Shown: positions 18,511 to 29,625, counted from the stretch's first letter. The stretch is 32,000 nt of DNA from Acinetobacter wanghuae (GCF_009557235.1 NZ_CP045650.1:1230001-1262000); one strand, 5' to 3'. A program made the numbers and translations. The notes: generated from the sequence alone by a model not told the origin.

Positions 18511-19854
18511 ATGAAATCCCCCAAAGTCGGTTTTGTTTCTTTAGGTTGTCCTAAGGCGTTGGTAGATTCCGAACGAATTTTAACTCAGTTAAAGACTGAA
18601 GGTTATGATGTTGCATCAGATTATGATGGTGCAGATTTAGTTGTTGTAAATACCTGTGGTTTTATTGAATCTGCGGTACAAGAATCGTTAGATGCCATTG
18701 GTGAAGCCATGAGTGCCAACGGTCGCGTGATTGTGACAGGTTGCCTCGGTAAAGACGAAGCCAAAATTCGTGAAATGCATCCAAATGTCTTAAAAGTGAC
18801 AGGTGCAGCGGCGTATCAAGAAGTAATGGAAGCAGTACATGAGTATGTGCCTGAGCCGCCAAAACATAATCCGTTTATCGATTTAGTACCTGAACAAGGT
18901 ATTCGATTAACACCGAAGCATTATGCGTATTTAAAAATTTCAGAAGGCTGCAACCACCGTTGTACGTTCTGCATTATTCCAAGTATGCGTGGCGATTTAG
19001 TTTCTCGTCCTGTGGGTTCAGTGTTAACTGAAGCGCAAGCGTTGAAAAAAGCTGGCGTTAAAGAAGTGTTAGTCATCTCCCAAGATACTTCTGCCTATGG
19101 CGTAGACACCAAATACAAATTGGATTTTTGGAACGGTCAGCCGGTTAAAACTAAATTCTTTGACATGTGCGAAGCTTTAGGTCAACTCGGTATTTGGGTG
19201 CGTTTACATTATGTTTATCCTTATCCACACGTGGATGCGGTGATTGACTTAATGGCACAAGGCAAAATCTTGCCATATTTGGATATTCCATTCCAACATG
19301 CTAGCCCTAAAATTCTGAAACTGATGAAACGTCCTGCGCACAGTGAAAATACACTCGAGCGTTTAAAATTGTGGCGTGAAAAATGTCCCGAATTGGTGAT
19401 TCGCTCAACATTTGTAGTGGGCTTCCCAGGCGAAACTGAAGAAGATTTCCAAATCTTGCTTGAATGGTTGAAAGAAGCGCAGCTTGATCGTGTCGGTTGC
19501 TTTACGTATTCACCTGTTGAAGGTGCAACTGCGAACGACTTGCCAGATCATGTGCCTGAAGACATTAAGCAACAACGTTATGAACGTTTTATGGAAGTTC
19601 AGCAAGCCATTTCAGCTGCGAAACTACAAAAACGTATTGGTCAAACCATGACGGTATTGGTTGATGACTTGGATGAAGAATTCCCAGTTGCAATTGCACG
19701 TTCATATGCGGATGCGCCTGAAATTGATGGAAATGTATTTGTTGAAGATATCGATAAATCACTTATCAAATCGGGTGATTTGCTTGAAGTCGAAATTACT
19801 GATGCAGACGAATACGATTTGTATGCAAAATTGATTTCAATCAAATCTGCTTAA
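18511..19854 (+). CDS. rimO: ribosomal protein S12 methylthiotransferase
   Basis: 447 aa from ATG 18511 (GGAG 9 nt upstream). Radical-SAM [12 protein letters not shown]-terminal MTTase cysteines and a C-terminal TRAM-like domain. The track start at 18496 is a GTG extension. Confidence 0.93.
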   Translation: MKSPKVGFVSLGCPKALVDSERILTQLKTEGYDVASDYDGADLVVVNTCGFIESAVQESLDAIGEAMSANGRVIVTGCLGKDEAKIREMHPNVLKVTGAAAYQEVMEAVHEYVPEPPKHNPFIDLVPEQGIRLTPKHYAYLKISEGCNHRCTFCIIPSMRGDLVSRPVGSVLTEAQALKKAGVKEVLVISQDTSAYGVDTKYKLDFWNGQPVKTKFFDMCEALGQLGIWVRLHYVYPYPHVDAVIDLMAQGKILPYLDIPFQHASPKILKLMKRPAHSENTLERLKLWREKCPELVIRSTFVVGFPGETEEDFQILLEWLKEAQLDRVGCFTYSPVEGATANDLPDHVPEDIKQQRYERFMEVQQAISAAKLQKRIGQTMTVLVDDLDEEFPVAIARSYADAPEIDGNVFVEDIDKSLIKSGDLLEVEITDADEYDLYAKLISIKSA

Positions 19855-19896
19855 GATTTAAGTCACGAATAATTTATATAAAACATTTGGAGTTTG

Positions 19897-20628
19897 ATGA
19901 TGATGGATTCTAAAAAGCCACGTTTTGGTCGCATCTTGTTGAAACTTTCAGGCGAAGCGCTTGCAGGCAACAAGGACATGGGGATTGATGCACAAGTGCT
20001 CGATCAAATGTCTTTGGCGATTGCGCACCTTGTTGGTTTAGGTGTGCAAGTGGGTATCGTGGTTGGTGGTGGTAATTTATACCGCGGTAGCCAACTGCAA
20101 CAAGACGGTCTTGTTGGCCGTGTGACTGGCGACCAAATGGGTATGCTTGCAACAGTGATGAATGGTTTGGCATTACGTGATGCGTTGGTACGCCGTAATA
20201 TTAAAACACGTCTATTGTCTGCACTTACCATTGGTACAGTGGTTGAACCGTACTCAAGCCGTGACTCAATTCGCCATTTAACACGTGGTGAAGTGTGCGT
20301 GTTTGTTGCAGGCACAGGTAATCCATTCTTCACAACAGATACAGCTGCATGTTTACGTGGTATCGAAATCGAAGCGGATTTGATTTTGAAAGCGACCAAA
20401 GTCGATGGCGTATACAACAAAGATCCAAGCAAATTTGAAGATGCAGTGAAATATGACACTTTAACGTTCGATCAAGTTCTTGATGAAAAGTTAGGTGTGA
20501 TGGATTTAACTGCAATCTGCTTGTGCCGTGATCACAATGTACCGCTCCAAGTATTCGATATGAATAAATCAGGTGCGTTGTTATCGGTTGTGATGGGCGA
20601 AAAAGAGGGTACTCACGTTACGAATTAA
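19897..20628 (+). CDS. pyrH: UMP kinase
   Basis: [11 protein letters not shown] and [10 protein letters not shown] motifs. Three consecutive ATGs (19897, 19900, 19903) follow GGAG at 19889-19892, so the exact start is ambiguous. Confidence 0.93.
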   Translation: MMMDSKKPRFGRILLKLSGEALAGNKDMGIDAQVLDQMSLAIAHLVGLGVQVGIVVGGGNLYRGSQLQQDGLVGRVTGDQMGMLATVMNGLALRDALVRRNIKTRLLSALTIGTVVEPYSSRDSIRHLTRGEVCVFVAGTGNPFFTTDTAACLRGIEIEADLILKATKVDGVYNKDPSKFEDAVKYDTLTFDQVLDEKLGVMDLTAICLCRDHNVPLQVFDMNKSGALLSVVMGEKEGTHVTN

Positions 20629-20706
20629 TGTACGTGAATCACAAAGCGCTTTATACTCAACCCTAATTCAGTATTTTATATTTTTAAATTTGGTAAGGAA
20701 GATCAT

Positions 20707-21261
20707 ATGATTAACGATCTTAAAAAAGACAGCGAAGACCGTATGAACAAAACTCTAGAATCTCTAGAGCATGGTTTTGCAAAAGTTCGTACAGGTCGTG
20801 CACATCCATCTATTTTAAATGGTGTGATGGTGTCTTACTATGGTTCAGATGTACCTTTGAACCAAGTTGCAAACGTCGGTGTTGAAGATTCTCGTACATT
20901 GCTTGTACAACCGTTTGAACGTTCAATGGTTGCTGCAATTGATAAAGCGATTCGTGAATCTGATTTGGGTCTAAACCCAATTTCTGCTGATGCGATCCGT
21001 GTTCCAATGGCGGCATTGACCGAAGAAACTCGTCGTGACATGCAAAAAGTGGCACGTAACGAAGCTGAAAATGCGAAAGTTGCCATCCGTAACATCCGTC
21101 GTGATGTATTGGGTGATATCAAAGCATTGTTAAAAGAGAAAGAAATTTCTGAAGATGAAGAACGTCGGGGTTCTGATGAAATTCAAAAAATCACAGACAA
21201 ATTTGTTGCAGAAGTCGACAAACGCTTAGCGGCGAAAGAAGCTGAATTGATGAAGGTTTAA
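20707..21261 (+). CDS. frr: ribosome recycling factor
   Basis: 184 aa, colinear with Frr ([17 protein letters not shown]). AAGGAAG SD upstream. Confidence 0.95.
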   Translation: MINDLKKDSEDRMNKTLESLEHGFAKVRTGRAHPSILNGVMVSYYGSDVPLNQVANVGVEDSRTLLVQPFERSMVAAIDKAIRESDLGLNPISADAIRVPMAALTEETRRDMQKVARNEAENAKVAIRNIRRDVLGDIKALLKEKEISEDEERRGSDEIQKITDKFVAEVDKRLAAKEAELMKV

Positions 21262-21268
21262 TTCATCA

Positions 21269-22021
21269 ATGACTGCAACTGAAGAATGTTCAAGTCTTCC
21301 GAAACATGTTGCCATCATTATGGATGGCAACAATCGTTTTGCTAAAAAAAAGCAAATGCAAAAAGGTGATGGACACCGTTCAGGTAAAAACGTCCTTGAC
21401 CCGATTGTAGAACACTGTAGAAAAAAGAATATCCAAGCTTTAACTGTTTTTGCATTTTCAAGTGAAAACTGGAATCGACCGCAGTTTGAAGTCGCATTGC
21501 TCATGAAGTTGTTAGCAGACACAATTCGTGAACAATTGCCACGCATGGAAAAATTCAACATCGCATTACGTTTTATTGGAGATCGTTCGCGTTTATCTCC
21601 TGAATTACAAGCGTTAATGTTGTATGCTGAAGAAACGACCGCTGCTTTTGATAGCATGACGTTGACCATTGCTGTGAGCTATGGCGGAATGTGGGATATG
21701 GCACATGCTGCAAAGCAAATTGCCGCAGATGTTTTGAAGAATAAATTAAATCTTGAGGATGTGACCACTGATGTTTTTGGTCAATATATTAGTTTAGGTG
21801 ATTTACCCGCTGTTGATTTGCTGATTCGTACTGGTGGTGATTTCCGCTTGTCGAATTTCTTGCTCTGGCAAGCAGCCTATGCAGAGCTGTACTTTACTGA
21901 AACGTTATGGCCAGAATTTACCGTTGAAGAATTGGATGATGCCTTTGCCGTTTTTGGTGGCAGAGAACGTCGTTTTGGTAAAACATCAGAGCAAATCCAG
22001 CAAGAGAAACTTGAGAATTAA
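21269..22021 (+). CDS. uppS: undecaprenyl diphosphate synthase
   Basis: 250 aa with IIMDGNNRFA and RTGGDFRLSNFLLWQAAYAELYF, both cis-prenyltransferase motifs. Confidence 0.93.
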   Translation: MTATEECSSLPKHVAIIMDGNNRFAKKKQMQKGDGHRSGKNVLDPIVEHCRKKNIQALTVFAFSSENWNRPQFEVALLMKLLADTIREQLPRMEKFNIALRFIGDRSRLSPELQALMLYAEETTAAFDSMTLTIAVSYGGMWDMAHAAKQIAADVLKNKLNLEDVTTDVFGQYISLGDLPAVDLLIRTGGDFRLSNFLLWQAAYAELYFTETLWPEFTVEELDDAFAVFGGRERRFGKTSEQIQQEKLEN

Positions 22022-22024
22022 TAC

Positions 22025-22849
22025 ATGTTAGAGCGGATTATTACCGCATTGGTATTGGTCGCAGTCGTACTCAGTTGTATGTTCGCGACCCAATCTCATT
22101 ATCCAATGTTTATATTGATGGTCGTTGCAGCTGGGGTGGCTGGTTACGAGTGGCTTAAACTCATGCCGCGTAAAAGTGAACAGGTTTTTAAACCATTCGC
22201 TTGGGGCTATGGGATTTTAACTTCACTCATTGCTGCATTAGCACTCTATTACGACGACGTGACTTTGTTGCTATGGTTCGCATCAATTCTGACATGGTTA
22301 TTAAGTATCTTCTGGGTGAAAACCTATCCTGAATATGATGGCTGGTATAATAGTAGTCTGAATGTTATTGGTTTAATTCTGATCTCTGCTGCCGTCACTG
22401 CGATTTATTCGGTATGGCAGAGTTCGCCATGGTGGCTCATGTACCTGTTTTTATTGGTATGGGGTGCAGATAGTGGTGCATATTTTGTCGGACGCAAATT
22501 CGGGCGTAAAAAGTTAGCACCGAATGTCAGTCCAAATAAATCTCTTGAAGGTTTGTATGGTGGTGCCGTCACCTCAATGCTCATTGTCATTACAGTGGCA
22601 TTACTTTATTTAGATATGTCTTTTGCAGAGCATATTCTCTTCTTGATTTTATCGGTTGTGACTGTGTTTAGTTCGGTCTTGGGTGATTTATTTGAATCCA
22701 TGATTAAACGACGTGCAGGCATTAAGGATTCGGGTCGTATTCTGCCAGGTCATGGTGGTGTATTGGATCGAATCGATTCTTTGCTTGCTGCAGCTCCAAT
22801 TTTTGCAGCAGGTATGTATGTTTTAAAACTTATTGGCGTAGATTTATAA
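22025..22849 (+). CDS. cdsA: phosphatidate cytidylyltransferase
   Basis: 274 aa, polytopic. CTP-transferase signature SMIKRRAGIKDSGRILPGHGGVLDRIDS. Confidence 0.9.
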   Translation: MLERIITALVLVAVVLSCMFATQSHYPMFILMVVAAGVAGYEWLKLMPRKSEQVFKPFAWGYGILTSLIAALALYYDDVTLLLWFASILTWLLSIFWVKTYPEYDGWYNSSLNVIGLILISAAVTAIYSVWQSSPWWLMYLFLLVWGADSGAYFVGRKFGRKKLAPNVSPNKSLEGLYGGAVTSMLIVITVALLYLDMSFAEHILFLILSVVTVFSSVLGDLFESMIKRRAGIKDSGRILPGHGGVLDRIDSLLAAAPIFAAGMYVLKLIGVDL

Positions 22850-24046
22850 ATGTCACAAGCTGTTTGTATATTGGGTGCTACAGGATCAATTGGTCAAAGT
22901 ACATTAAAGATCTTGGCGCAACATCCAGAACGTTACACAGTATTTGCTGTGACAGCGCAGAGCCGTATTGTTGAATTGGCTGAAATTTGTAAACAATACC
23001 ATCCTAAAGTCGCTGTTGTTCCGGCTGCAAAAGTCGATCACTTAGCGAGTTTGCTGCTTGAGCTAGGTTTGGCAGATATTGAAATTCTGTCAGATCAAGC
23101 GGGCTTAATGGCTGTAGCTGAACATTCGGAAGTGGATGTGGTCATGGCAGCCATTGTCGGTGCCGCAGGTTTACTCCCGACGCTTGCAGCAGTGAAAGCA
23201 GGTAAACGCGTTTTACTTGCCAATAAAGAAGCGCTCGTGATGTCTGGTGAGATCATGATGCAAGCCGCACGTGATTATTCAGCACTTTTGTTGCCGGTCG
23301 ATTCGGAACATAACGCGATTTTCCAATGTCTCCCGCAGCATTATTTTGATGCGGAACGCAATGGTCAGCCGAAACTTGGCGTATCGCAAATTTTGCTCAC
23401 CGCATCTGGTGGTCCATTTTTAAATCACAGCCTTGAACAATTACAGAATGTGACACCTGCACAGGCGTGTAAGCATCCAAACTGGTCAATGGGACAAAAG
23501 ATCTCAGTTGATTCAGCGACCTTGATGAATAAGGGCTTGGAGCTGATTGAGGCGTGTCATTTATTTGCAGTTGAAGAACAATTTGTTACAGTTGTTGTGC
23601 ATCCTGAGAGTATTATCCACTCCATGGTTCAATATGTAGATGGTTCGACTTTGGCTCAAATGGGTAATCCTGATATGTGTACCCCGATTGCGCATGCTTT
23701 GGCATGGCCGGAGCGTATTCATACGCATGTACCTGCCTTAAATTTATTTGCAACCGCGCAATTGAATTTTCAAGAACCCGATACCCATCGTTTCCCTGCA
23801 TTAAAGCTTGCTCGTCAGGCCATGAAAAATGGCGGTGTTTCACCTACCATTTTCAATGCAGCAAATGAAATTTCAGTCGCTGCTTTCTTGCAGCAACGCA
23901 TTGGTTTTACTCAAATTCCACAAATTGTTGAACAATGCTTAAATGTGATGCAAAATCAAGCTGCCCATGATTTGGATGTCATTATTGCAACCGATCAACA
24001 GGCGCGCGTTCTCGCACAGCAATATGTGATGAAATTAGGAAGTTAA
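22850..24046 (+). CDS. dxr: 1-deoxy-D-xylulose 5-phosphate reductoisomerase
   Basis: 398 aa. NADPH-binding ILGATGSIGQSTL and central LANKEALV...DSEHNAIFQ. The start directly abuts the cdsA stop. Confidence 0.95.
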   Translation: MSQAVCILGATGSIGQSTLKILAQHPERYTVFAVTAQSRIVELAEICKQYHPKVAVVPAAKVDHLASLLLELGLADIEILSDQAGLMAVAEHSEVDVVMAAIVGAAGLLPTLAAVKAGKRVLLANKEALVMSGEIMMQAARDYSALLLPVDSEHNAIFQCLPQHYFDAERNGQPKLGVSQILLTASGGPFLNHSLEQLQNVTPAQACKHPNWSMGQKISVDSATLMNKGLELIEACHLFAVEEQFVTVVVHPESIIHSMVQYVDGSTLAQMGNPDMCTPIAHALAWPERIHTHVPALNLFATAQLNFQEPDTHRFPALKLARQAMKNGGVSPTIFNAANEISVAAFLQQRIGFTQIPQIVEQCLNVMQNQAAHDLDVIIATDQQARVLAQQYVMKLGS

Positions 24047-24049
24047 AGC

Positions 24050-25405
24050 ATGAATGCCTTATTTATGATTGCCGCAGCCATTCTTTTGCTTGGACCTTTA
24101 ATTGCCATACATGAGTTTGGTCATTATATTGTGGCACGTAAATTGGGCGTGAAAGTCTTGGTCTATTCCATTGGCTTTGGTCCAACACTTTTAAAGTGGA
24201 CCTCTAAAAAGTCGGGTATTCAGTATCAATTGTCTGCGTTGCCACTGGGTGGCTACGTCAAAATGCTGGATGAGCGTGAAGGCAATGTCGCTGAAGAAGA
24301 CTTACCTAAAGCGTTTAATCGTCAGCATCCGTGGAAACGTATTGCCATTGTTGCAGCGGGACCACTCATCAATTTGCTGTTAGCTGTGGTGTTGTTTTGG
24401 ATTTTATTCTTACCCGCACAAGAGCAACTGAGCACCCGTATTGGTAAGATTTTGCCGAATACACCTGCTGCTGCAGTGCAAATGCAGCATGGTGATAAAA
24501 TTGTGGCAGTCGATGGTACACAGGTCGAAAGTTGGGAAAAACTCAATTATGCACTTGTGAACCGTGTTGGTGAAACCGGTCAAATCACGATCCAAGCAGA
24601 TCGTGCAGGTAAAACTGAAAATTTCCAACTGCCGATTCAGAATTTCTTAAATGATCAATCCCAGTCAGCGCTCGAAGTCTTAGGCTTCTTGCCGTATCGC
24701 CCCGATATTCCACCTGTTGTGTCTAAGCTTAGCGAAGATGGTGCAGCGATTCGTCAGGGCATGAAAGAAGGCGATAAAATTATTGCGATTGATGGTGTCG
24801 CAATGAAAGATTGGTTTGATGTGGTGCAAGTGGTACAAGCTTCACCTGAAAAATTACTCAAAATTGACGTGCTTCGTGGACAAGATAAAGTTCAGCTTGA
24901 AGTGATGCCCCAGGGCAAACGTGACAAAATGGGTAATACCATTGGGATGCTGGGTGTGCAAAGTGATCCGGGTAAAGTGGTCATTCCTGCAGAATATAAA
25001 CAAACCATTCAATATACGCCAATCGAAGCCCTAGGTCAGGCATATGACAAGACCGTACAATTGTCTGCCATGATCTGTGGTTCTATCGTGAAAATGGTAC
25101 GTGGTTTAATTGGCTTAGATAATTTATCGGGTCCGATTACCATTGCAAAAGTCGCGGGTCAAAGCGCGGAAATGGGATGGGAAACTTTTATTTCCTTTAT
25201 GGCGCTAATGAGTGTAAGTTTAGGGATATTAAATTTACTACCAATTCCAATGCTTGATGGTGGACATTTAGTTTACTACTTCATTGAATTAATTCGTGGT
25301 AAACCTTTATCTGAACACATACAATTGGTGGGAATAAAAATTGGTATGGTATTGCTCGGTAGCATGATGCTATTGGCACTATTTAATGATTTTATGCGTT
25401 TATAA
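24050..25405 (+). CDS. rseP: site-2 (RIP) zinc metalloprotease RseP
   Basis: 451 aa with HEFGHY zinc motif, two PDZ-like segments and the C-terminal NLLPIPMLDGGH motif. Confidence 0.92.
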   Translation: MNALFMIAAAILLLGPLIAIHEFGHYIVARKLGVKVLVYSIGFGPTLLKWTSKKSGIQYQLSALPLGGYVKMLDEREGNVAEEDLPKAFNRQHPWKRIAIVAAGPLINLLLAVVLFWILFLPAQEQLSTRIGKILPNTPAAAVQMQHGDKIVAVDGTQVESWEKLNYALVNRVGETGQITIQADRAGKTENFQLPIQNFLNDQSQSALEVLGFLPYRPDIPPVVSKLSEDGAAIRQGMKEGDKIIAIDGVAMKDWFDVVQVVQASPEKLLKIDVLRGQDKVQLEVMPQGKRDKMGNTIGMLGVQSDPGKVVIPAEYKQTIQYTPIEALGQAYDKTVQLSAMICGSIVKMVRGLIGLDNLSGPITIAKVAGQSAEMGWETFISFMALMSVSLGILNLLPIPMLDGGHLVYYFIELIRGKPLSEHIQLVGIKIGMVLLGSMMLLALFNDFMRL

Positions 25406-25444
25406 CAACGTAGATGGACTAATTTAACAGCGGAAAAGACTGGC

Positions 25445-27976
25445 ATGCAGCACAAACATTTATTTATGCCTTTGGCACTTATCAGTGCAATGGCAGTAAC
25501 ACAACAAGTATATGCAGCAGATGAATTTACAGTACAAGATATAAAATTTGATGGATTAGTTCGTTTAAGCCCAGAAAATGTCTACGGTCTCGTGCCGATT
25601 ACGAGTGGCGATCGTGTCAATGATCTCGTCATTGCAAATGCGATTCGTAGCTTATATGCATCAGGCCTATTTGACGATATCAAAGCAAGTCAATTGGGTA
25701 ATGATTTAGTCTTTAATGTTGTCGAACGTCCGATCATTTCTAAAATTGAGCTGAAAGGTAATAAGCTAATTCCCAAAGAAGCATTGGAAGATGGCTTGAA
25801 AAAAATGGGCTTGGCTGAAGGTGAAGTGCTGAAGAAATCGGCATTGCAAACCATTGAAACTGAGCTTGAACAGCAGTATATGCAGCAAGGTCGTTATGAT
25901 GCTGATATTACGGTAAAAAAAATTGCAAAGCCGAATAACCGTGTTGAATTGGTCATCGACTTTGTAGAAGGTAAATCTGCCAAAGTCTTTGATATCAATA
26001 TTATTGGTAATACTGTCTTTAAAGAATCAGACATCAAACAAGCTTTTGCGATTAAAGAAACAGCGTGGAATTCTGTGATTTCACGTAATGACCGCTATGC
26101 CCGTGAAAAAATGGCAGCGAGTCTTGAATCTTTACGTGCGATGTACCTGAATAAAGGTTACATCAATTTCAATATTACCAATTCAAGTTTGAACTTAAGT
26201 GAAGATAAGAAAAATGTCTTTATTGAAGTATCTGTTGATGAGGGCGAACAGTTTAAATTTGGTCAAACCAAATATTTAGGTGATGCGCTTTATGCGCCTG
26301 AAGAATTGAAAGTTTTACAAATTTATAAAGAAGGTGATCTGTATTCGCAAGAAAAAGTGAATGCAGTAAAACAACTGTTATTACGTAAATATGGTAATGC
26401 AGGTTATTACTTTGCTGAAGTCAATATTGTTCCTGAAATTGATCAAGATACAAAGCAAGTAGGTTTGAATTATTACGTCAATCCAGGTCAGCAAGTAACG
26501 GTGCGTCGTATTAATTTTACGGGTAACACCAAAACAGGCGATGAAGTATTACGTCGTGAAATGCGCCAAATGGAAAGTGCACTTGCGAGTAATGAGAAAA
26601 TTGATTTATCGAAAGTACGTTTAGAGCGTACTGGTTTCTTTAAATCTGTTGATATTAAGCCCGCGCGTATTCCGGGTGCACCTGATCAAATTGATTTAAA
26701 TGTTGCGGTTGAAGAGCAGCATTCAGGTACAAGTACACTGGCAGTTGGTTTCTCGCAAAGCGGTGGTGTGACCTTCCAAGCAGGTTTAAGCCAAACCAAC
26801 TTCTTAGGTACGGGTAACAGTGTTGCGATTGATTTATCACGTTCGGAAACGCAAGATTATTACAACTTAAGTGTCACCGATCCGTACTTCACGATTGATG
26901 GTGTGCGTCGCGGTTACAATATGTATTACCGTAAAACCAAGCTAGATGACGACTACAACGTAAACAATTACGTGACCGACAGTTTCGGTGGTGGGATTAA
27001 CTTTGGTTATCCAATTGACGAAAATCAAAGTATCAGTGCTGGCTTAAACATTGATCAGACTGATGTGACAACAGGTCAATATGTGTCTACTTATATTCGT
27101 GATTATTTACTTGCGAATGGTGGTAAAGACACTAAAAGGGGTGATGTTTGTGTCGGCCAATGGAAAAATATATATAAAGACCCTGACAACCCTAAACCTG
27201 ATGAACTTATTAGAACAGAATGTGAGGGTGAGTTGCGTGAAGATGTGCCAAATGAATTTGAGGGTGGATTCTTAACCTATAATTTAAATTTGGGTTGGTC
27301 TTATAACACTTTAAACCGTCCAATGTTCCCAACATCAGGCATGTCACATCGTGTTAATGCTGAAGTTGCGCTACCTGGCAGTGATGTTGAATATCAAAAA
27401 GTCACATATGATGCACAAGCATACTTCCCATTGGGTAAAGACTTTGTACTGCGTGGCTATGGTAAGTTAGGCTATGGTAATGATTTGCCATTCTATAAAA
27501 ACTTCTATGCCGGTGGTTTTGGTTCAGTCCGTGGTTATGATAACAGTACCTTAGGTCCGCGTTATCCAAGTGTGATTACCAATAATGCTGAAAACTACGA
27601 CTATGATCCAGAAGAAGTCGGTGGTAATGCGTTAGTTCAATTTGGTGCTGAGTTGGTTCTACCAGTACCATTTAAAGGTGATTGGGCGCGTCAAGTGCGT
27701 CCAGTACTATTTGCTGAAGGCGCACAAGTGTTCGATACACAATGTGATGTTCCACAAGGTTCAATCGTTCAAAAGGATAAAACTTTGGTTGATGCTGGAC
27801 AATACTGTAAAGATAACTTCGGTTTTGATGCAGGTAACATGCGTTACAGCGTCGGCGCAGGCTTTACATGGATTACGATGATTGGCCCATTGTCTCTGAG
27901 CTATGCTTACCCGCTAAATGATAAGCCGGGCGATGAAACGAAGAATATTCAATTTGAAATTGGTCGTACTTTCTAA
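25445..27976 (+). CDS. bamA: outer membrane protein assembly factor BamA
   Basis: 843 aa. Signal peptide ending VYA/AD, POTRA repeats, a C-terminal beta-barrel and a terminal Phe (FEIGRTF). Confidence 0.95.
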   Translation: MQHKHLFMPLALISAMAVTQQVYAADEFTVQDIKFDGLVRLSPENVYGLVPITSGDRVNDLVIANAIRSLYASGLFDDIKASQLGNDLVFNVVERPIISKIELKGNKLIPKEALEDGLKKMGLAEGEVLKKSALQTIETELEQQYMQQGRYDADITVKKIAKPNNRVELVIDFVEGKSAKVFDINIIGNTVFKESDIKQAFAIKETAWNSVISRNDRYAREKMAASLESLRAMYLNKGYINFNITNSSLNLSEDKKNVFIEVSVDEGEQFKFGQTKYLGDALYAPEELKVLQIYKEGDLYSQEKVNAVKQLLLRKYGNAGYYFAEVNIVPEIDQDTKQVGLNYYVNPGQQVTVRRINFTGNTKTGDEVLRREMRQMESALASNEKIDLSKVRLERTGFFKSVDIKPARIPGAPDQIDLNVAVEEQHSGTSTLAVGFSQSGGVTFQAGLSQTNFLGTGNSVAIDLSRSETQDYYNLSVTDPYFTIDGVRRGYNMYYRKTKLDDDYNVNNYVTDSFGGGINFGYPIDENQSISAGLNIDQTDVTTGQYVSTYIRDYLLANGGKDTKRGDVCVGQWKNIYKDPDNPKPDELIRTECEGELREDVPNEFEGGFLTYNLNLGWSYNTLNRPMFPTSGMSHRVNAEVALPGSDVEYQKVTYDAQAYFPLGKDFVLRGYGKLGYGNDLPFYKNFYAGGFGSVRGYDNSTLGPRYPSVITNNAENYDYDPEEVGGNALVQFGAELVLPVPFKGDWARQVRPVLFAEGAQVFDTQCDVPQGSIVQKDKTLVDAGQYCKDNFGFDAGNMRYSVGAGFTWITMIGPLSLSYAYPLNDKPGDETKNIQFEIGRTF

Positions 27977-27997
27977 AACGACAGTATTTGGTATAAC

Positions 27998-28038
27998 AGC
28001 TCTGGTTTAGTAGGTTTACTGACCAGAGCTTCTTTTTT
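27998..28038 (+). terminator. terminator-like hairpin between bamA and skp
   Basis: 9-bp perfect stem AGCTCTGGT (27998-28006) / ACCAGAGCT (28022-28030) with a 15-nt loop, followed by TCTTTTTT. It ends 13 nt before the skp ATG. Confidence 0.5.
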
Positions 28039-28051
28039 AAATGAGACTCAT

Positions 28052-28549
28052 ATGAAAAAACTAATGATTGCAGTGGGTATGGCAACAGCATGTATGGCTT
28101 CTGTTTCGAACGCAGCAGGTACAGGTGTCATTGATTTAGAACGTGTAGTAGAAAACAGTACTTATCTCAAAGCACAAAATGCTTCATTCCAACAAAAATT
28201 CCAACCACAAACCAATCGTATCGATGCATTAACCAAAGAGTTGGATGCATTGCAAAAACGTGCCCAAGCGAATGCAAAACTGAGCGATGCTGAAAAGCAA
28301 AAAATGAGCACAGAATATCAAACCAAGTTGCAACAATTGAATCAATTGCAACAAAGTGTACAAAGCGGTGCGCAAACTTCGATTCAGCAAGTACGTTCGG
28401 TATTTGATGCACGTGTGAAGAAAATTGCTGAAGAATTACGTATTGAAAACAAGTTAGATGTGGTTTTGAATAAAAATTCTGCACTTGCCTATGACGCTCG
28501 TTATGATTTAACTGATAAAATGATTCAAAAGGTTAACGCAATTAAATAA
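28052..28549 (+). CDS. skp: periplasmic chaperone Skp (OmpH family)
   Basis: 165 aa with a signal peptide and a Q/K-rich coiled-coil body. It holds the canonical position between bamA and lpxD. Confidence 0.85.
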   Translation: MKKLMIAVGMATACMASVSNAAGTGVIDLERVVENSTYLKAQNASFQQKFQPQTNRIDALTKELDALQKRAQANAKLSDAEKQKMSTEYQTKLQQLNQLQQSVQSGAQTSIQQVRSVFDARVKKIAEELRIENKLDVVLNKNSALAYDARYDLTDKMIQKVNAIK

Positions 28550-28552
28550 TCA

Positions 28553-29623
28553 ATGAATCATCAACAGCTTCAGTTAATTGACCTCGCTCGCCTGGTTCAG
28601 GGCGAGTGCGTGGGTCAGGCAGATTTGCGTTTAAAGGGCTTGGCAAGTCTTGAGCATGCGGACAGCACAGACTTGGCATTTGTAAATGCAGATAAGTATG
28701 TTGAGCAAGCAGCGAACAGTAAGGCTGGGGCTTTAATTGTCACGGCTGCTTTAAAAGAGCAATTGCCATCGCAGCATAATTTTATTGTGGTGGCGAATCC
28801 ATATTTGGCTTTTGCCATTTTGACCCACGTTTTTGAGAAAAAGCAGCAGCAACGGGGGATTGAAATAACGGCTCAGATTCATCCATCCGCGATGATTGCA
28901 GATGATGCTTATATTGGTCACTATGTGGTCATTGGTGAAAATGCAGTTGTGGGTGCAAATACCGTTGTACAGCCGCATGTTCATATCGATCACAATGTTG
29001 AAATTGGTCAAGACTGTTTTATTGATGCGCATGTTACGATTACAGGCGAAACGAAGATTGCCAATCGAGTACGTATTCATGCCAATAGTGTGATTGGCAG
29101 TGAAGGCTTTGGCTTTGCACCTTATCAAGGAAAATGGCATCGTATTGCTCAACTTGGCTCGGTTCGCATTTGCGATGACGTGCGTATTGGCTCAAATTCA
29201 AGCGTCGATCGTGGTGCTTTGGATGATACGATTTTGGAACAAGGTGTCATTATTGATAACCTTGTGCAAATCGCACATAACGTTAAACTTGGTGCACATA
29301 CTGCCATTGCGGCAAAGACTGCCATTGCGGGCAGTACCACCATTGGCAAAAACTGTATCATCGGTGGCGGTTCTGCAATCGCAGGGCACTTAAATATTGC
29401 CGATAACGTGACATTGACCGGAATGTCAATGGTGACAAATAATATTTCTGAAGCTGGAAAATATTCTTCTGGTACAGGATTGTTCGAAAATCAAAAGTGG
29501 AAGCGTACTGTGGTTCGCATGCGACAATTAGCAGATGTGCCATTGACCCAAGTCATCAAACGACTTGATCATATGCAGTCTCAAATTGAGTCCATTGAAT
29601 CAACATTTAAGTTGCGTAAATAA
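28553..29623 (+). CDS. lpxD: UDP-3-O-acylglucosamine N-acyltransferase
   Basis: 356 aa. Left-handed beta-helix hexapeptide repeats with a C-terminal helical tail, in the skp-lpxD-fabZ-lpxA context. Confidence 0.93.
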   Translation: MNHQQLQLIDLARLVQGECVGQADLRLKGLASLEHADSTDLAFVNADKYVEQAANSKAGALIVTAALKEQLPSQHNFIVVANPYLAFAILTHVFEKKQQQRGIEITAQIHPSAMIADDAYIGHYVVIGENAVVGANTVVQPHVHIDHNVEIGQDCFIDAHVTITGETKIANRVRIHANSVIGSEGFGFAPYQGKWHRIAQLGSVRICDDVRIGSNSSVDRGALDDTILEQGVIIDNLVQIAHNVKLGAHTAIAAKTAIAGSTTIGKNCIIGGGSAIAGHLNIADNVTLTGMSMVTNNISEAGKYSSGTGLFENQKWKRTVVRMRQLADVPLTQVIKRLDHMQSQIESIESTFKLRK

Positions 29624-29625
29624 TT

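Noticed and set aside
21226-21669. 147-aa minus-strand ORF antisense to frr/uppS. Similar long antisense ORFs occur at 20004-20459, 16001-16408, 28751-29152, 6296-6682, 11457-11777, 4852-5142 and 13165-13431.
   Set aside because: All lie entirely within well-supported housekeeping genes on the opposite strand or in another frame. They have odd, low-complexity composition rich in Cys, His and Arg, lack SD sequences and show no recognisable motifs. They are shadow ORFs.
27134-27142. RGD tripeptide in the bamA loop as an integrin-binding adhesion motif.
   Set aside because: A three-residue motif occurs frequently by chance, and there is no supporting context.
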